Below are positions 30,108 to 39,925 of a stretch of DNA of 64,000 nt, piece after piece. The stretch is from contig CAVTBU010000005.1 of assembly GCA_963733035.1 (NCBI GenBank), positions 2,880,001-2,944,000 of the forward strand. The letters run 5' to 3'. Each line of letters starts with the position of its first letter. Within the stretch, counting starts at the first letter, position 1. The translations under genes and the position numbers were made by a program. The notes beneath the pieces are model-generated. The model worked only from the letters and a program-made list of their open reading frames with translations. It was not told where the DNA came from and made no database searches. The DNA comes from Pirellulales bacterium (GTDB taxonomy: Bacteria; Planctomycetota; Planctomycetia; Pirellulales; PALSA-1355).

Positions 30108-31225
30108 CTATTGACAGCGGTGTTGTTGCACCAATTGCCAGTCCACCTCGATACCCAAACCGGGGAGCCGCGTAATGGTCGTGAGTGGGCCTAAGATTTC
30201 GATAGGTTTCTTAGCGATTCGTAAGGTGTGGTAGTCCGCCCCGAGCATATCGCCCGGATATTTCTCGACCTGCATGTTTGCGCAAGCCACCACAACGTGG
30301 GCCATTGCAGCCGTGGCCACATCGAGTTCCAGATTCGAGCCGATCGAGCACGCAACGCCGTTTTTCGCCGCAAAATCGACGATTTGTTTCGCCTTGTGGA
30401 TTCCACCTTGTTTGCCCGGGTAGACGCTGATCACATCACAGCAGTCGTTGCGGACGAGTTCCTTTGCGTGCACGAAGTCGAAGCAGATGTCGTCGGCCAT
30501 CACCGGCACGTTCGTTTCTCGACGCACGCGAGCCATGGCGGCATAGTCACCGTCGGGTGTCGGCTGCTCGACAAGTGCCAGCTTGCAATCATGTAATTCG
30601 TGTACGCAGTAAATGGCCGTGTCGGCATCCCACCCGCAGTTGGCGTCAACCGTTAGGGCAATATCCGGGCCAACCGCAGCGCGCACAGCGCGCCACTCGG
30701 GCGACGTCGGCCGCCGCGTCGCGACCAACTTTGATCTTGATGGTCGTGAAACCGAGTGCGACGAGTTCTTTGGCGCGCGGCCGCGTGCTTGGGTTCGTAG
30801 GCGCCCATGCTGTAGCGGCTGCGGACGGTGAGCGGTCGGACAGCTCCGCCGAGCAGCTCGAAGATTGGCTTGCCCGCGGCTTTGCCGGCGACATCCCAGC
30901 AGGCCATCTCGATCGCGCTTTTGGCGAACCAATTGTGCGCGGCTACGGCGTCCATGCGGCGGTCGATCTCGTCGACATCGCGCGGATCGCAACCAAGCAA
31001 CTGCGGCGCGAGCACGTGATCGATGAGCGCTTGCGCGCCCCACACCGTCTCTCCGCTCCAGCGAGGCATCACGGTTGCTTCGCCAGCACCCTCCCGTCCG
31101 TCGTCGGTCAGCACGCGCACGATGACATAGCGAGAGACGACGTGCTCGCCCAGTGAACTGAGAATGCGGCGTTCGGGCTTGATGGGAATTTCGACGGGAT
31201 ACGTTTCAATCCGGGCGATCTTCAT
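30108..31225 (-). CDS. Enolase-superfamily (muconate cycloisomerase/mandelate racemase-like) enzyme; two indels near 30690 and 30775
   Basis: GREGAGEA, AKSAIEMACWDVAGKAAGKPIFELLGG, TIKIKVG, VDANCGW, VEQP, MADD, PGLGIEVD. Confidence 0.88.
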
Positions 31226-31413
31226 GGCAGAATCTCGTAATGCCTGGGAGGGTGACTCGCGGCGGGTAACAACAGAGAGGAGTAAGTTGTACCGCGCCGC
31301 CGAGGCGACTTCGACGGCCTGCGGATGGTGCTGCCAATCGAGTATGGTACAACGAGCCTACCGAATTCGTGGTACCTGTTGTCTCATCATGACAATCCCA
31401 AGCGGGCGCAGAA

Positions 31414-33001
31414 ATGTTGGTCGGATATGTTAGTGACGAGCGCTACGTGGCCTTGGCCGATGTTTTGATCGAGTTTGAAAGCGCGGCTGGCTCGGTCGAA
31501 ACGCGTTCACGGGCGAGCGGGGCAGTTTACGCCGATATCGGACCGGGCACCTATCGCGTCACGTTGCAAAAGCCGGGCTTCGGGGCCAAACGTACGCAAG
31601 TTGCGCTTGGCGACGATCCGCACCAGTTTCGTTTGCTCGCCGATGGACTCTTGGGTTATGCCTGGCCCAAATGGGTTCGCTCCGGGGAGCAAGCGGAGTT
31701 CCGCGTCCACTCGGTCGAGCCCTATAAGATTGAGTTGTGGCGCTACGGCTGGCAAAAGCAACTCGCGAAAAAGATTGGCTGGTTCGACGAACACGGGCCG
31801 CTGGCCACCATGCAAATCACGCCCGACGGAGACTACACCCGCACCGGTGTGGAGTGGAACAAGGTGGGATATGGGAGCTGGCAACATCATCAGCGCGTCA
31901 ACGCGCCCGCGGCCAGCGGATTGTATTACTTCCACGCGCGGACCGACAGCGGCCGGTTCTTTGCGTTTCCCTGGATCGTGGCGCCGGCGAAGCCAACGGC
32001 TGCGATAGCAGTATTGGCTTCAAATATCACCTGGAATGCCTACAACAACTTTGGCGGCCGCAGCAACTATATCCATGCGGACGAGTTGCCCTCCGCGCCG
32101 ACGGTGAATGCTCGCTCGGAACTGCCTCGCTACAACGATCCAACTTTTGGCACCTGGAATGCGGAGCAGTATGCCGCCACTGTCGTTCGACAGGCCGGAG
32201 CCGATCAACCACGTACCCGAACATACGGCGATTACCGATCCGATCGAAGGCCGCGCGGCGTGTCACGTGGCGCCGACCGAGTGGCGGCTGTTGGGTTGGA
32301 TGGAGCGAGAACAGTTTGCGTATGATCTGTATGCCGAAACGCAATTACATGCCGGAGAGCTGGATCTCGATGCGTATCGCGTGCTGGTGGCCAGCACGCA
32401 TCCGGAGTATTGGTCGCGCGACATGTACCAGGCGGTGAAACGCTGGGTGTTCGAACGTGGCGGTCGGCTCGTCTATCTCGGAGGCAATGGACTGAACTGC
32501 GAAGTGTCGTTTCCGGATGCGTACACGATGATCGTGCACAACGGGGATAACCGCAAGCTACAGGCCAATTTGGCGAAGTACGAAAGCCGCTTCGGCATGC
32601 GCGTCGAGTCCGAGGCGAATCTGTTGGGCGTGGTCTATACCGAGGCAGGCGTCATGACGGCGGCGCCTTACCGCATGTTGGCTGCGGATCATTGGGCAGT
32701 GGCCGGCACGGGGCTTTCCAACGGCGACACGTTCGGCCAGGCCAGCCTGCACGAGCGAATTCCCGGGGGGGCCAGCGGTCACGAGACCGACAAGATCTCC
32801 CCAAGTTCGCCCGTCGGAGTCGAACATCTGGCCAAGGGGTTGAACCCCGATGATGGCGGCGGCGACATCGTGCACTTTAGCACGCCGAGCGGCGGCGCGG
32901 TGTTTTCGGTTGGGTCAATTGCCTGGCCCAGCAGCGTGCTGGTCGATGCCGCCGTATCGCGTATCACGGCGAACGTCCTGCGACGGTTTTCGCAAAAGTA
33001 G
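31414..33001 (+). CDS. N,N-dimethylformamidase beta-subunit-like protein with an N-terminal carboxypeptidase-regulatory-like domain; 1-nt indel near 32175
   Basis: SGLYYFH, TWNAYNNFGGRSNY, LSFDRP, THPEYWSRDMY, LVYLGGNG, GHETD, VFSVGSIAW, RITANVLRRF. Confidence 0.8.
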
Positions 33002-33156
33002 AGAGTGCTCTAGTTCTGTCCTCTTGGCGTCGCGTTGAAACCGCTTGAGCGGATGGGTCCCACTGACACGGTCCGTTGTCGGTTTCGTGGGCGCGACCGT
33101 GCGTGTCTGAAGCGAATTGCTTGCCGGCGGGCATCGGCTGCTCTACACTCCGCGTC

Positions 33157-34512
33157 GTGAGTTCGAACCGCGTTACTTCCGTCGAAGTGCTCGCCTTGCC
33201 GGGTGAGCCACCAACACGAGCTCGTTTTGGCGTCCTCGCATTCCTGTGTTCGCTTTCGTTCGTGCTCTATATCGATCGGGCTTGCATCGGCAAGGCGGCA
33301 ATTCCAATCAGCGATGACTTGGGGTTGAGCGAAGCGGAACTCGGCTATGCATTGGCTGCCTTCACGCTGGCCTACGGACTGTTTGAAGTACCAACCGGCC
33401 GCTGGGGTGACCGCTTCGGTTCTCGAGGCGTCCTGGCGCGCATCGTTGTCTGGTGGTCGATGTTCACGGCACTGACGGGAGCGGCAACCGGCCTGTGGAT
33501 GCTCGTGTCGGTGCGATTCTTATTTGGAGCGGGCGAGGCCGGAGCCTATCCGAATGCCGCGCGGGTGATTGCCCGCTGGTTTCCGATTTCCGGCCGCGGC
33601 ATGGCACAAGGATTGATGCTCACCTCGGCGCAGATTGGGGCGGCCGCAGCGCCTCCGGCGGCGCAGGCGCTGATCGACGTAGTCGGATGGCGCGGCGCGT
33701 TTGCGGTGTTCGGCTCGCTGGGCATCGTTTGGGCGCTGGCGTTCTACTACTGGTTTCGCGACGAACCAGCACAGCATCCGGGCGCGAATGACGCCGAACG
33801 AGCCCTCATCGAGCGGGGCCGGCCGGCCGCGCCCACGACCGAGCATCCGCCGATTCCCTGGCGGAGCATTTTGAAGAGCCGCAACATCTGGCTCTTGGGA
33901 CTCGTGCAAACCTGCTCGTCGGCGATCTACTACATGTTCATCAACTGGTATCCGAGCTACCTGCAACGGGGGCGCGGCGTGACCGGGCAACAGGCGGCGT
34001 GGCTGGCGTCGCTGGTGCTGGCCGGCGCCGCCCTAGGGTGCATTACGAGCGGCTACGTCAACGACAAGCTTGCGCGGCTGACGGGTTTTCATCCGGCCCG
34101 ATTTCGCCTTTACGGTTTTGCCGGAACGGCAATCGCCGCGGTATGCTTGCTCCTAAGCGTACGGGCCGAGTCGCCGCTGGCATCGAGCCTGTGGGCGGCG
34201 GCTGCCTGCGTGGGCACCATGTCGCAGCAGGCCACGTTCTGGTCGGTGACAACCGAGATCAGCGGTCGCCACCTGGGTTCGATTTTTGGTCTGATGAACT
34301 CGCTGGGCGTGCCAGGCGCGTTTGCTTCGACGCTGTTCCTGGGGCAGTTCGTCACCTGGATGAAATCCGAAGGGTACCTGGGACGGGCGCAATGGGACCC
34401 GGCGTTCTATGTTTATGCGGCCGTGCTGTTTGTCGGTGCTTGTTGCTGGCTGGCGGTGGACGCCGGCCGGCCGATCCCCGACAGTGACGCATCGGCGAGC
34501 AACGATTCCTAA
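33157..34512 (+). CDS. MFS transporter (anion:cation symporter-like)
   Basis: LYIDRACI, FEVPTGRWGDRFGSR, RFLFGAGEAGAYP, WFP; 12 TMs; start codon uncertain. Confidence 0.9.
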   Translation: MSSNRVTSVEVLALPGEPPTRARFGVLAFLCSLSFVLYIDRACIGKAAIPISDDLGLSEAELGYALAAFTLAYGLFEVPTGRWGDRFGSRGVLARIVVWWSMFTALTGAATGLWMLVSVRFLFGAGEAGAYPNAARVIARWFPISGRGMAQGLMLTSAQIGAAAAPPAAQALIDVVGWRGAFAVFGSLGIVWALAFYYWFRDEPAQHPGANDAERALIERGRPAAPTTEHPPIPWRSILKSRNIWLLGLVQTCSSAIYYMFINWYPSYLQRGRGVTGQQAAWLASLVLAGAALGCITSGYVNDKLARLTGFHPARFRLYGFAGTAIAAVCLLLSVRAESPLASSLWAAAACVGTMSQQATFWSVTTEISGRHLGSIFGLMNSLGVPGAFASTLFLGQFVTWMKSEGYLGRAQWDPAFYVYAAVLFVGACCWLAVDAGRPIPDSDASASNDS

Positions 34513-34524
34513 GGTTGTTTCGGT

Positions 34525-35061
34525 CTACTTCTTCTGCACGCCGAGCTCTTCCAGCATGGCGGCCATTTCGGCGGCGGCGCCTTTGGTGTTGACCATCTTG
34601 TCGATCGCTTTGATGACACCATCTGGTCCGATGTAGAACGTCCACCGCTCCGCCACCGGGCGGCCTTCGTGCACGACGCCGTAGGCGGTGGCCGTTTTCT
34701 TGCTGGGATCGCTGAGGATCGGAAAGTCGAGGTTGAGCGATTCGGCAAATTTGGTGTTTGTGTCGTTGTCGTCGACGCTGGCAGTGAAATAGGCCACGTC
34801 GTAGGCCTTGATTGCCTTGCCGTTTTCCTTCATGTTCTTGCACTCGGCCGTGCAGCCCCCGGTAAAGGCCTTGGGGAACCAGGCAATGACCACGGCCTTC
34901 TTGCCCGCGAAATCCGCGAGCGAATACTCCTTGCCATCAGACGCTTGCAGCTTGAAGTCGGGGGCTTTTTCGCCGACCTCCGGGGCCGCGGCCTGGGCGA
35001 CACTCGAACCGACCAACAGACACGATGCGACAAAGGCGAGCGGGTGTTTCATGATGACCAT
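34525..35061 (-). CDS. Exported peroxiredoxin (BCP/PrxQ-like)
   Basis: Signal peptide; APDFKL, WFPKAFTGGCTAEC, FPILSDP, RWTFYIGPDG. Confidence 0.9.
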   Translation of the reverse strand: MVIMKHPLAFVASCLLVGSSVAQAAAPEVGEKAPDFKLQASDGKEYSLADFAGKKAVVIAWFPKAFTGGCTAECKNMKENGKAIKAYDVAYFTASVDDNDTNTKFAESLNLDFPILSDPSKKTATAYGVVHEGRPVAERWTFYIGPDGVIKAIDKMVNTKGAAAEMAAMLEELGVQKK

Positions 35062-35073
35062 CTCCTGAAGGAA

Positions 35074-36273
35074 TTATGTCGGAGCGCCGCAATAGAGCGA
35101 CGGCTCTGGAGCTCGGTAGTGAACTTTGAGTTCGGGGGTCGGCAGGCGGCGATGGCCTTGCACCTTGGAATCGAGACAGCGGTCGAGAATGCCGCATACC
35201 AACTGCGTCCGTTCGACGGGGTAGGGGGGCACACCGGTCGTGATCATCTCCTCGACGCCGTGCATCAGGCATGTGGAATACGCCACGTTCGGCGTGACGG
35301 GCAGCAGGAATTGCGTCGAGACGATCGATTGATCCTCACGCAATCGGCTGGCGAACGTGTAATCCTGCACGGCGCCGTTGAGCATCAGGAGCGTGGCACG
35401 CAGGCCGTCGTTGTATTGGATCAAGTACGCCGCCGGATTCTCGACAAGACTTTCCACTTCACCGCCACGAGTCCAATCCTGCGTGCGGCCGTCCTGCATT
35501 CCGAGTCCACTCCGCGAGGTCGATCGCGAGAGGGCCGCTTCCAGTAAACGTCGCGACCAGCGTCCGTCGGAGCCGGCTTTCCAGACCTCGGGACCTTCAA
35601 TGAGCTGCACGGCGCGGACGCCCGTTTCGCCTCCGCGGCGGCGTTCGAGCATGCACTGCATGGCTTCGAGCGCGTGGAAGTCCATCGCGTCGGATCCGCC
35701 AACCCCGATCATCAGGGCTTCGTCGATCATCGCGCCATAGGGCACGTCCACCGGCGGCAATCGCCAAGTGACCGGCAAACTCGATCCGGCCAACATCGGA
35801 AAGCCGAGTCGCTTCGACGTCGCGACCATCTTGCTCGCCTTCTCGAAGCTGTACGACAAGTGCTTGTCATTGAAGACCGGTACGCTACGGCCGTCTTCCT
35901 CGAAAACCTGGGCCACCTGCTCGAAGAATTCGTAGCGCGGATATTGAATTTGTCCCTTTTCATTGACGGGATAATCACCATGCTCGCCGATGACCACCAC
36001 GCCGTCGACGGCCAGCTTGTCAGTACCGCAGCGCAGTGCCTCGGCGATCGTGGGATAGACCTCGAAGCCGAACTCCTTGGCGCGGGCTTCGCTTTGATCG
36101 CCTTCAGGATGCTGATCGACGTATAGCGATACGACCTTGAGCGGTGATGTATGCCAACGTCCATCCCACGGATAGCCGACTAGAAAGCGATCGCCCATGT
36201 GCTGGGCGTGCGACAAATATCGCCAGACAGTGGTGACGATGGCAATCCGTTTGTCAGGTTGCTGTTCGTTCAT
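35074..36273 (-). CDS. Conserved hypothetical protein, possibly Gfo/Idh/MocA-like oxidoreductase
   Basis: SLYVDQ, LAVDGVVVIGEHGDYP, PVFNDKHLS, AGSSLPVTWR, FHALE; paralogue of the adjacent gene; no signal peptide. Confidence 0.7.
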   Translation of the reverse strand: MNEQQPDKRIAIVTTVWRYLSHAQHMGDRFLVGYPWDGRWHTSPLKVVSLYVDQHPEGDQSEARAKEFGFEVYPTIAEALRCGTDKLAVDGVVVIGEHGDYPVNEKGQIQYPRYEFFEQVAQVFEEDGRSVPVFNDKHLSYSFEKASKMVATSKRLGFPMLAGSSLPVTWRLPPVDVPYGAMIDEALMIGVGGSDAMDFHALEAMQCMLERRRGGETGVRAVQLIEGPEVWKAGSDGRWSRRLLEAALSRSTSRSGLGMQDGRTQDWTRGGEVESLVENPAAYLIQYNDGLRATLLMLNGAVQDYTFASRLREDQSIVSTQFLLPVTPNVAYSTCLMHGVEEMITTGVPPYPVERTQLVCGILDRCLDSKVQGHRRLPTPELKVHYRAPEPSLYCGAPT

Positions 36274-36278
36274 CGCGG

Positions 36279-37592
36279 CTAGCTCCTGCGAAACGTCGAT
36301 TGCGGGTTCGGCTGGTAAGCGATCTTCAGGTGTGGCGTGTCGAGCAGTTTGCTCTTTTGCCAGAGGGATTCGACGCCAGCGTTGACCAGTCCCGAGGTCA
36401 GTAGCGTGCGCTCGAGCGGTTGCGTTGGCTGGCCGGAATGGATGAACTTCTCGATTTGCCAGACCAGGGCGTCGAAGTTGTGCGGCTGGGTTTGCCGTGT
36501 TCCGCCGAGGTAGAACTGCGTGGAGAGCGGATCGGTCTGGTTTTTCAGCCGGGCGGCGAACGTTATATCGCCGACCAGGCCGTTCAAGAGCAGCATCGTG
36601 GCCTTCAGGCCGTCGTAGTACTCGAAACGATAGGCGACCGGGTCCGCCACCATCCGGCGCATGTCGGCCGCGGTGGGGTATATGTGGCTAAAACCCTCGC
36701 GAGCCGGAGTCAGTTCGTGGCTGCGGCACAGACAGGCTTCGAACAAGTCGCCGTCGCAACCGCCGCTATTCCAGTTGCCGGCTTCGAGAAGTTTCCAGAC
36801 GTCGTCGCCCCGCAGAGCCTGCAATTGCTTGACGCCGCATTCTCCCCCCTTGCGTCGCTCGACCAGCGCCTGGATGGCTTCCAGAGCGTGGAAGTCGTAG
36901 CTGTCGACGTTCCCGTTGCCGACCGACACGACCTCTTCAACCTCGGACCCCAGCGGCATTTCAACCGAGGGCAGGCGCCATGTGAGGGGCACGCTGGAGC
37001 CGGCGGCAAACGGAAACGGCATTTCGTGAGCGGTATCGAACATCTCTCGCGACCAATCCCAACTCCAGGACAGGTGCTTGTCGTTAAACACCGGCACGCC
37101 GCGGTTGCTTTTTCGAAAAACGTCAACCGTTTGCTGAAAGAATTCGTAGCGTGGATAGAGCGTCTGGCCTTTTTCATTGACCTGGTAGGATCCGTGCTCG
37201 CCGATGATCAACACGCCATCGACGGCCAGTTTATCGCCCCCCAGGCACAGCGCTTCGCGGATCGACGGGTAGATTCCCAACTGCTCGAAGCGGCCGGCAC
37301 GCTCGCGGCTCAGGTCTCCCTCGGGGAATTGGTCCACGTACATCGAAACCAGGTCGAGCTGCGGCCGATAGTGAGCACCTTCCCAGCCGTAGCCCTCGAG
37401 AACACGATCGAGGATCACCTCGGCGTGCGTGTTACGGGTGAAAATGGTGAGTAGGGCGGCGATCTTGGGACGCTGCTTCGAAACCGCCTTTTCGTCGCCG
37501 AGTACCAGCTGCGTCGGGTTGAGTGCCAACAGCGCCGAGGCAGGCATCGCGGCCAGGACGCTACGGCGGGAAACTTTCAGGGGTTCTGACAT
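36279..37592 (-). CDS. Conserved hypothetical protein, possibly oxidoreductase-like, with a Tat signal
   Basis: VSRRSVLAAM twin-arginine leader; same motifs as 35074..36273. Confidence 0.7.
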   Translation of the reverse strand: MSEPLKVSRRSVLAAMPASALLALNPTQLVLGDEKAVSKQRPKIAALLTIFTRNTHAEVILDRVLEGYGWEGAHYRPQLDLVSMYVDQFPEGDLSRERAGRFEQLGIYPSIREALCLGGDKLAVDGVLIIGEHGSYQVNEKGQTLYPRYEFFQQTVDVFRKSNRGVPVFNDKHLSWSWDWSREMFDTAHEMPFPFAAGSSVPLTWRLPSVEMPLGSEVEEVVSVGNGNVDSYDFHALEAIQALVERRKGGECGVKQLQALRGDDVWKLLEAGNWNSGGCDGDLFEACLCRSHELTPAREGFSHIYPTAADMRRMVADPVAYRFEYYDGLKATMLLLNGLVGDITFAARLKNQTDPLSTQFYLGGTRQTQPHNFDALVWQIEKFIHSGQPTQPLERTLLTSGLVNAGVESLWQKSKLLDTPHLKIAYQPNPQSTFRRS

Positions 37593-37598
37593 CGCAGG

Positions 37599-38354
37599 TT
37601 AACTCCAGCGGCTGCCGTTCCAGTCAATTACGCGGCGCAGCAGATCGACCACGCCGGCCGAGAAACCAGCCAGCAGCGTTTCCCCCTTGGCGGCAGTCGC
37701 CACCGCAGGGTCGCCAATGTGTCCGGCCTCGCTACGGTCTTTTGTCGTCCAGGGGCGCATCGCCGGTTCCAGCCCATGATGCGGGTTTACGGGTTGAGCC
37801 TTTTGGTAATCGCCCGCGAGCTGCGGTGTGAGTGCCAGGATCATCGACGTCTCCCACTCGCAGGCATGCTGCATGGCTGTTTGCTCGATGGAGGAGTCGG
37901 CCTCATGTGGCGGCGCGCCGAGTGTCCAGTAGGCGGCGAACAGCAGCAACAGGTCGTCGCGTTCGCGATACCGCTGGCGGATTTCAAACAGCGCCTGTTG
38001 ACCGGGGACATTGTTGCCGCCGTGGCCGTTGACGATCACGATCCGCTTGAATCCGTGCTTGAGGAAGTTTTCGACCATGTCGACCACCAGGTCGATATAC
38101 GTCCGCGGGGCGGCGGACATCGTGCCGGCGAAGTCGAGATGATGGGACGAGTTGCCCAGCCACATCACTGGCGCGAGCAGGATCTGTTCGCTTAGCTCGG
38201 CTTCCGCGCGGCGCGTGACTTCGCCGACGAGCATGCTGTCGGTAAACAGCGGCAGGTGATGCCCATGTTGTTCGAGCGCCGCGGTGGGTATTACCACGGG
38301 CACGTTCGGCGACAACGCGGCCACCTGGGGCCAGGACATTTCGGCGAGTTTCAC
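37599..38354 (-). CDS. Creatininase family amidohydrolase
   Basis: ALEQHGHHLPLFTD, GNSSHH, VNGHGGN, HACEWETS. Confidence 0.92.
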   Translation of the reverse strand: MKLAEMSWPQVAALSPNVPVVIPTAALEQHGHHLPLFTDSMLVGEVTRRAEAELSEQILLAPVMWLGNSSHHLDFAGTMSAAPRTYIDLVVDMVENFLKHGFKRIVIVNGHGGNNVPGQQALFEIRQRYRERDDLLLLFAAYWTLGAPPHEADSSIEQTAMQHACEWETSMILALTPQLAGDYQKAQPVNPHHGLEPAMRPWTTKDRSEAGHIGDPAVATAAKGETLLAGFSAGVVDLLRRVIDWNGSRWS

Positions 38355-38409
38355 GGTGGGCTTTCGTCGGCAGGGCGAGGGTGTGGCGGGGCGGCGACCA
38401 AGCGTGCTG

Positions 38410-39798
38410 CTAGGGTGCCCCGATGCAGTATAAATGCTCGCGGCCGCGAAGGAAAATTTCGTGCCCCACGATGGCCGCCGAAGCGTCGATTCGATCGTCA
38501 AGCTGGTTGGTGGCGATGATCTTCACCTCGGACTTGTCGCCAACGGTTTCAAACTTGCCGCTCTCGAAGACCACGGTTGTACCCTCGCGGCTCGTGAAGT
38601 AAATGCGTCCGGCCGCTCCGACGGGGGAGGAATAGATGTTGGAGATTCCCTGGAGCCGTTGCTTCTCGACGATGGGCTCACCCGTGGCTGCGTTGTAACA
38701 GGAAAGGATTCCCTTGTTGCCGGCGGTAAAGTACAGCAGTTCACCGTCGATGAGCGGCGAGGGGACGTAGGGAGTGCCGACCTTACGGGTCTTCCAGGCA
38801 ATCTTCTCTTCGTCCGTGGTGATGTCGCCGCTGCTTTCCAGCGGAATTGCATAGAGCGAGTTGGTGATGAAGCCGGTCATGGCGAAGATGCGCTGCCCGT
38901 CGGTGACGGGCGTGGGAATCGCGCTGGGACCCTGACCGCCACAGGCCCAGATCAATTCGCCCGTTTGGAGATCGTAACTACGGACGCGCGTCGACCCGTT
39001 AATGACGACTTGCGTGCGACCACCCACGTCGACGATCAGCGGCGTGGCCCAGGTGGTGTTCTCGTCGCGATCGACCTTCCAGCGAGTGTCCCCGGTCGCG
39101 GCGTCGAGGCAGATCAGGAATGAGCCGCCCTGGTGATCCCAATTCACGATTACCGAATCGCCGCGGACGACCGGCGACGTACCTTCACCGAAGGCGTTGA
39201 AGATCCACATCCGTCCAAGGTCGCGGTTCCAGAGTTGCTTGCCGTCGAAATCGTAGCAGTAGATGCCGCGTGAACCGAAGGAAACGTAGAGCCGCTTGCC
39301 GTCGGTGCTGGGCGAAGCCGAGGCATAGCTGCCGTCGGGGTGATGACCTTCGTGCGGGACGTCCTCCTTGGCGACGTCCTGCCACAGTGTTTTGCCGCTG
39401 GCGCGATCGACGCACAACACGACGAACTGAAAGTAGTGCTTCGGTGGCTCGCCCATATTGCGAAAACCACGCTTCGAACTTGGCGGTGCCTTGCTCGCCT
39501 CGGCCAGTGCTTCGGGCACCGGCTCGGGCTCCCCGTCACGATCCGTTTCGATGGCCGTGGTCAGAAAGATCTTGTCGCCCCAGATGATCGGCGTGGCCGT
39601 GCTATCGCCCGGAATCTTGCTCTTCCAGCGAACATTCGTGTCCTCGTTCCAATGGGTCGGCGGATCCGCGTGCGGAGCCAAACCGTTGGCGAGCGGCCCG
39701 CGCCATTGGGGCCAGTTGTCGAGGGGGATGTTGTCTTGTGCAAATAGTGTCGCAACGAGGAAATAGCTCGTGCCAAAAACAAATGCTGCCAGTCGCAT
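38410..39798 (-). CDS. PQQ-binding-like beta-propeller protein (BamB-like, planctomycete-expanded)
   Basis: NWPQWRGP, ATPIIWGDKIF, ASASPSTDG, WATP, YVPSP, YSSPV. Confidence 0.85.
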   Translation of the reverse strand: MRLAAFVFGTSYFLVATLFAQDNIPLDNWPQWRGPLANGLAPHADPPTHWNEDTNVRWKSKIPGDSTATPIIWGDKIFLTTAIETDRDGEPEPVPEALAEASKAPPSSKRGFRNMGEPPKHYFQFVVLCVDRASGKTLWQDVAKEDVPHEGHHPDGSYASASPSTDGKRLYVSFGSRGIYCYDFDGKQLWNRDLGRMWIFNAFGEGTSPVVRGDSVIVNWDHQGGSFLICLDAATGDTRWKVDRDENTTWATPLIVDVGGRTQVVINGSTRVRSYDLQTGELIWACGGQGPSAIPTPVTDGQRIFAMTGFITNSLYAIPLESSGDITTDEEKIAWKTRKVGTPYVPSPLIDGELLYFTAGNKGILSCYNAATGEPIVEKQRLQGISNIYSSPVGAAGRIYFTSREGTTVVFESGKFETVGDKSEVKIIATNQLDDRIDASAAIVGHEIFLRGREHLYCIGAP

Positions 39799-39925
39799 AC
39801 CGCTGTCCCCTGACTTGAATGGTTGCCGCACGCCAGCCGAAATTGCGAGCGCGGAACGAATCGAGGAAGTTTGCCTCAGGCGCGTTCCGGGCATGCACTG
39901 CTGGTCGTGCACGTCCCGAATAAGC

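Noticed and set aside
34525..35061. Selenocysteine peroxiredoxin
   Set aside because: The active site is encoded as Cys (GGCTAEC) with no in-frame TGA
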